Shown here one piece after another: positions 63,501 to 64,000 of a stretch of 64,000 nt of DNA; within the stretch, counting starts at the first letter, position 1; each line of letters starts with the position of its first letter. Source of the DNA: Lama glama (taxonomy: Eukaryota); assembly GCA_028534125.1 (NCBI GenBank), contig CM052817.1, positions 63,304,001 to 63,368,000 on the forward strand. The letters are read 5' to 3'. Below the pieces are notes generated by a model. That model saw only the letters and a list, made by a program, of their open reading frames with translations. It was not told the origin of the DNA and did not search any database. The position numbers and the translations under genes were made by a program.

Positions 63501-64000
63501 GAGAAGTTTGGTTTTTGTTTTTGTTTCTTTGATAAGGGTAGCCTTGTACAATTTAAATAAAAGGAAAGAAGAAAATTATATTTAAATTAGCTTTCAAACA
63601 AAAATAACAAATTACTATTGAGTTTTACTATTTTCTGGCAAGTTAGCCTAAGGCTGGTTAACATACCACTAAACTTTAACCACAGCATGCTAATTCATAT
63701 ATTTTAGCTCTAGCAACATTGTTGGAGATGACAATAGTCCATTCAGTTATGTAGATCAAAATTTTACTGTGAGTATGCATATGGTTAATGTTCTGTTGTT
63801 TTGACTATTGTACATCTACACATTCATCCCAAGATTATTCACACTTGCTTTGGATAATAACCAAGATGACCTGTATTGATGCAGCCTAGAGTTGGCAAGA
63901 GAACCAGCTTATTGTTCCTTCCTCTCTCTCTCAAAGAGATAGTACAAATATACTCTGTCAAAGTCGTCCACTTTAAAATAAAATGATCTCATTCTGGTAT

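Noticed and set aside
1..64000. tRNA, rRNA, snRNA or processed pseudogene of a host gene; CpG-island promoter
   Set aside because: None recognised; CpG is depleted throughout. A weak hit cannot be excluded without Infernal, tRNAscan-SE or BLASTX.

Overview
AT-rich, CpG-poor mammalian genomic DNA that looks intergenic or deeply intronic, with two 500-N assembly gaps. The young LINE-1 3' UTRs resemble camelid-type L1, and I saw no primate, rodent, bovid or pig SINEs, so a camelid or related cetartiodactyl is my best inference. No host protein-coding gene, RNA gene, CpG island or prokaryotic system is supportable. All recognisable ORF-track peptides come from decayed L1 ORF1/ORF2 or run through N gaps. 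The window is a layered transposon archive: five lineage L1 insertions with readable target-site duplications (one nested in an older L1, one splitting an ERV LTR), an ancient end-complete but internally collapsed L1, three ERV1-type solo LTRs, MER21-, LTR33-, MLT1- and MLT2-like LTRs, hAT and Tc1/mariner MITE relics, many MIR/L2/L3 fragments, and microsatellites including a ~375-bp purine tract inside L1 ORF2. I did not find convincing evidence of a new biological system. The best leads are the ORF1-only L1 architecture at 19.7-21.8 kb and two speculative minus-strand exons at 22.0 and 25.8 kb. Repeat family names come from my recall of consensus sequences, not a database search, and boundaries of old repeats are approximate.
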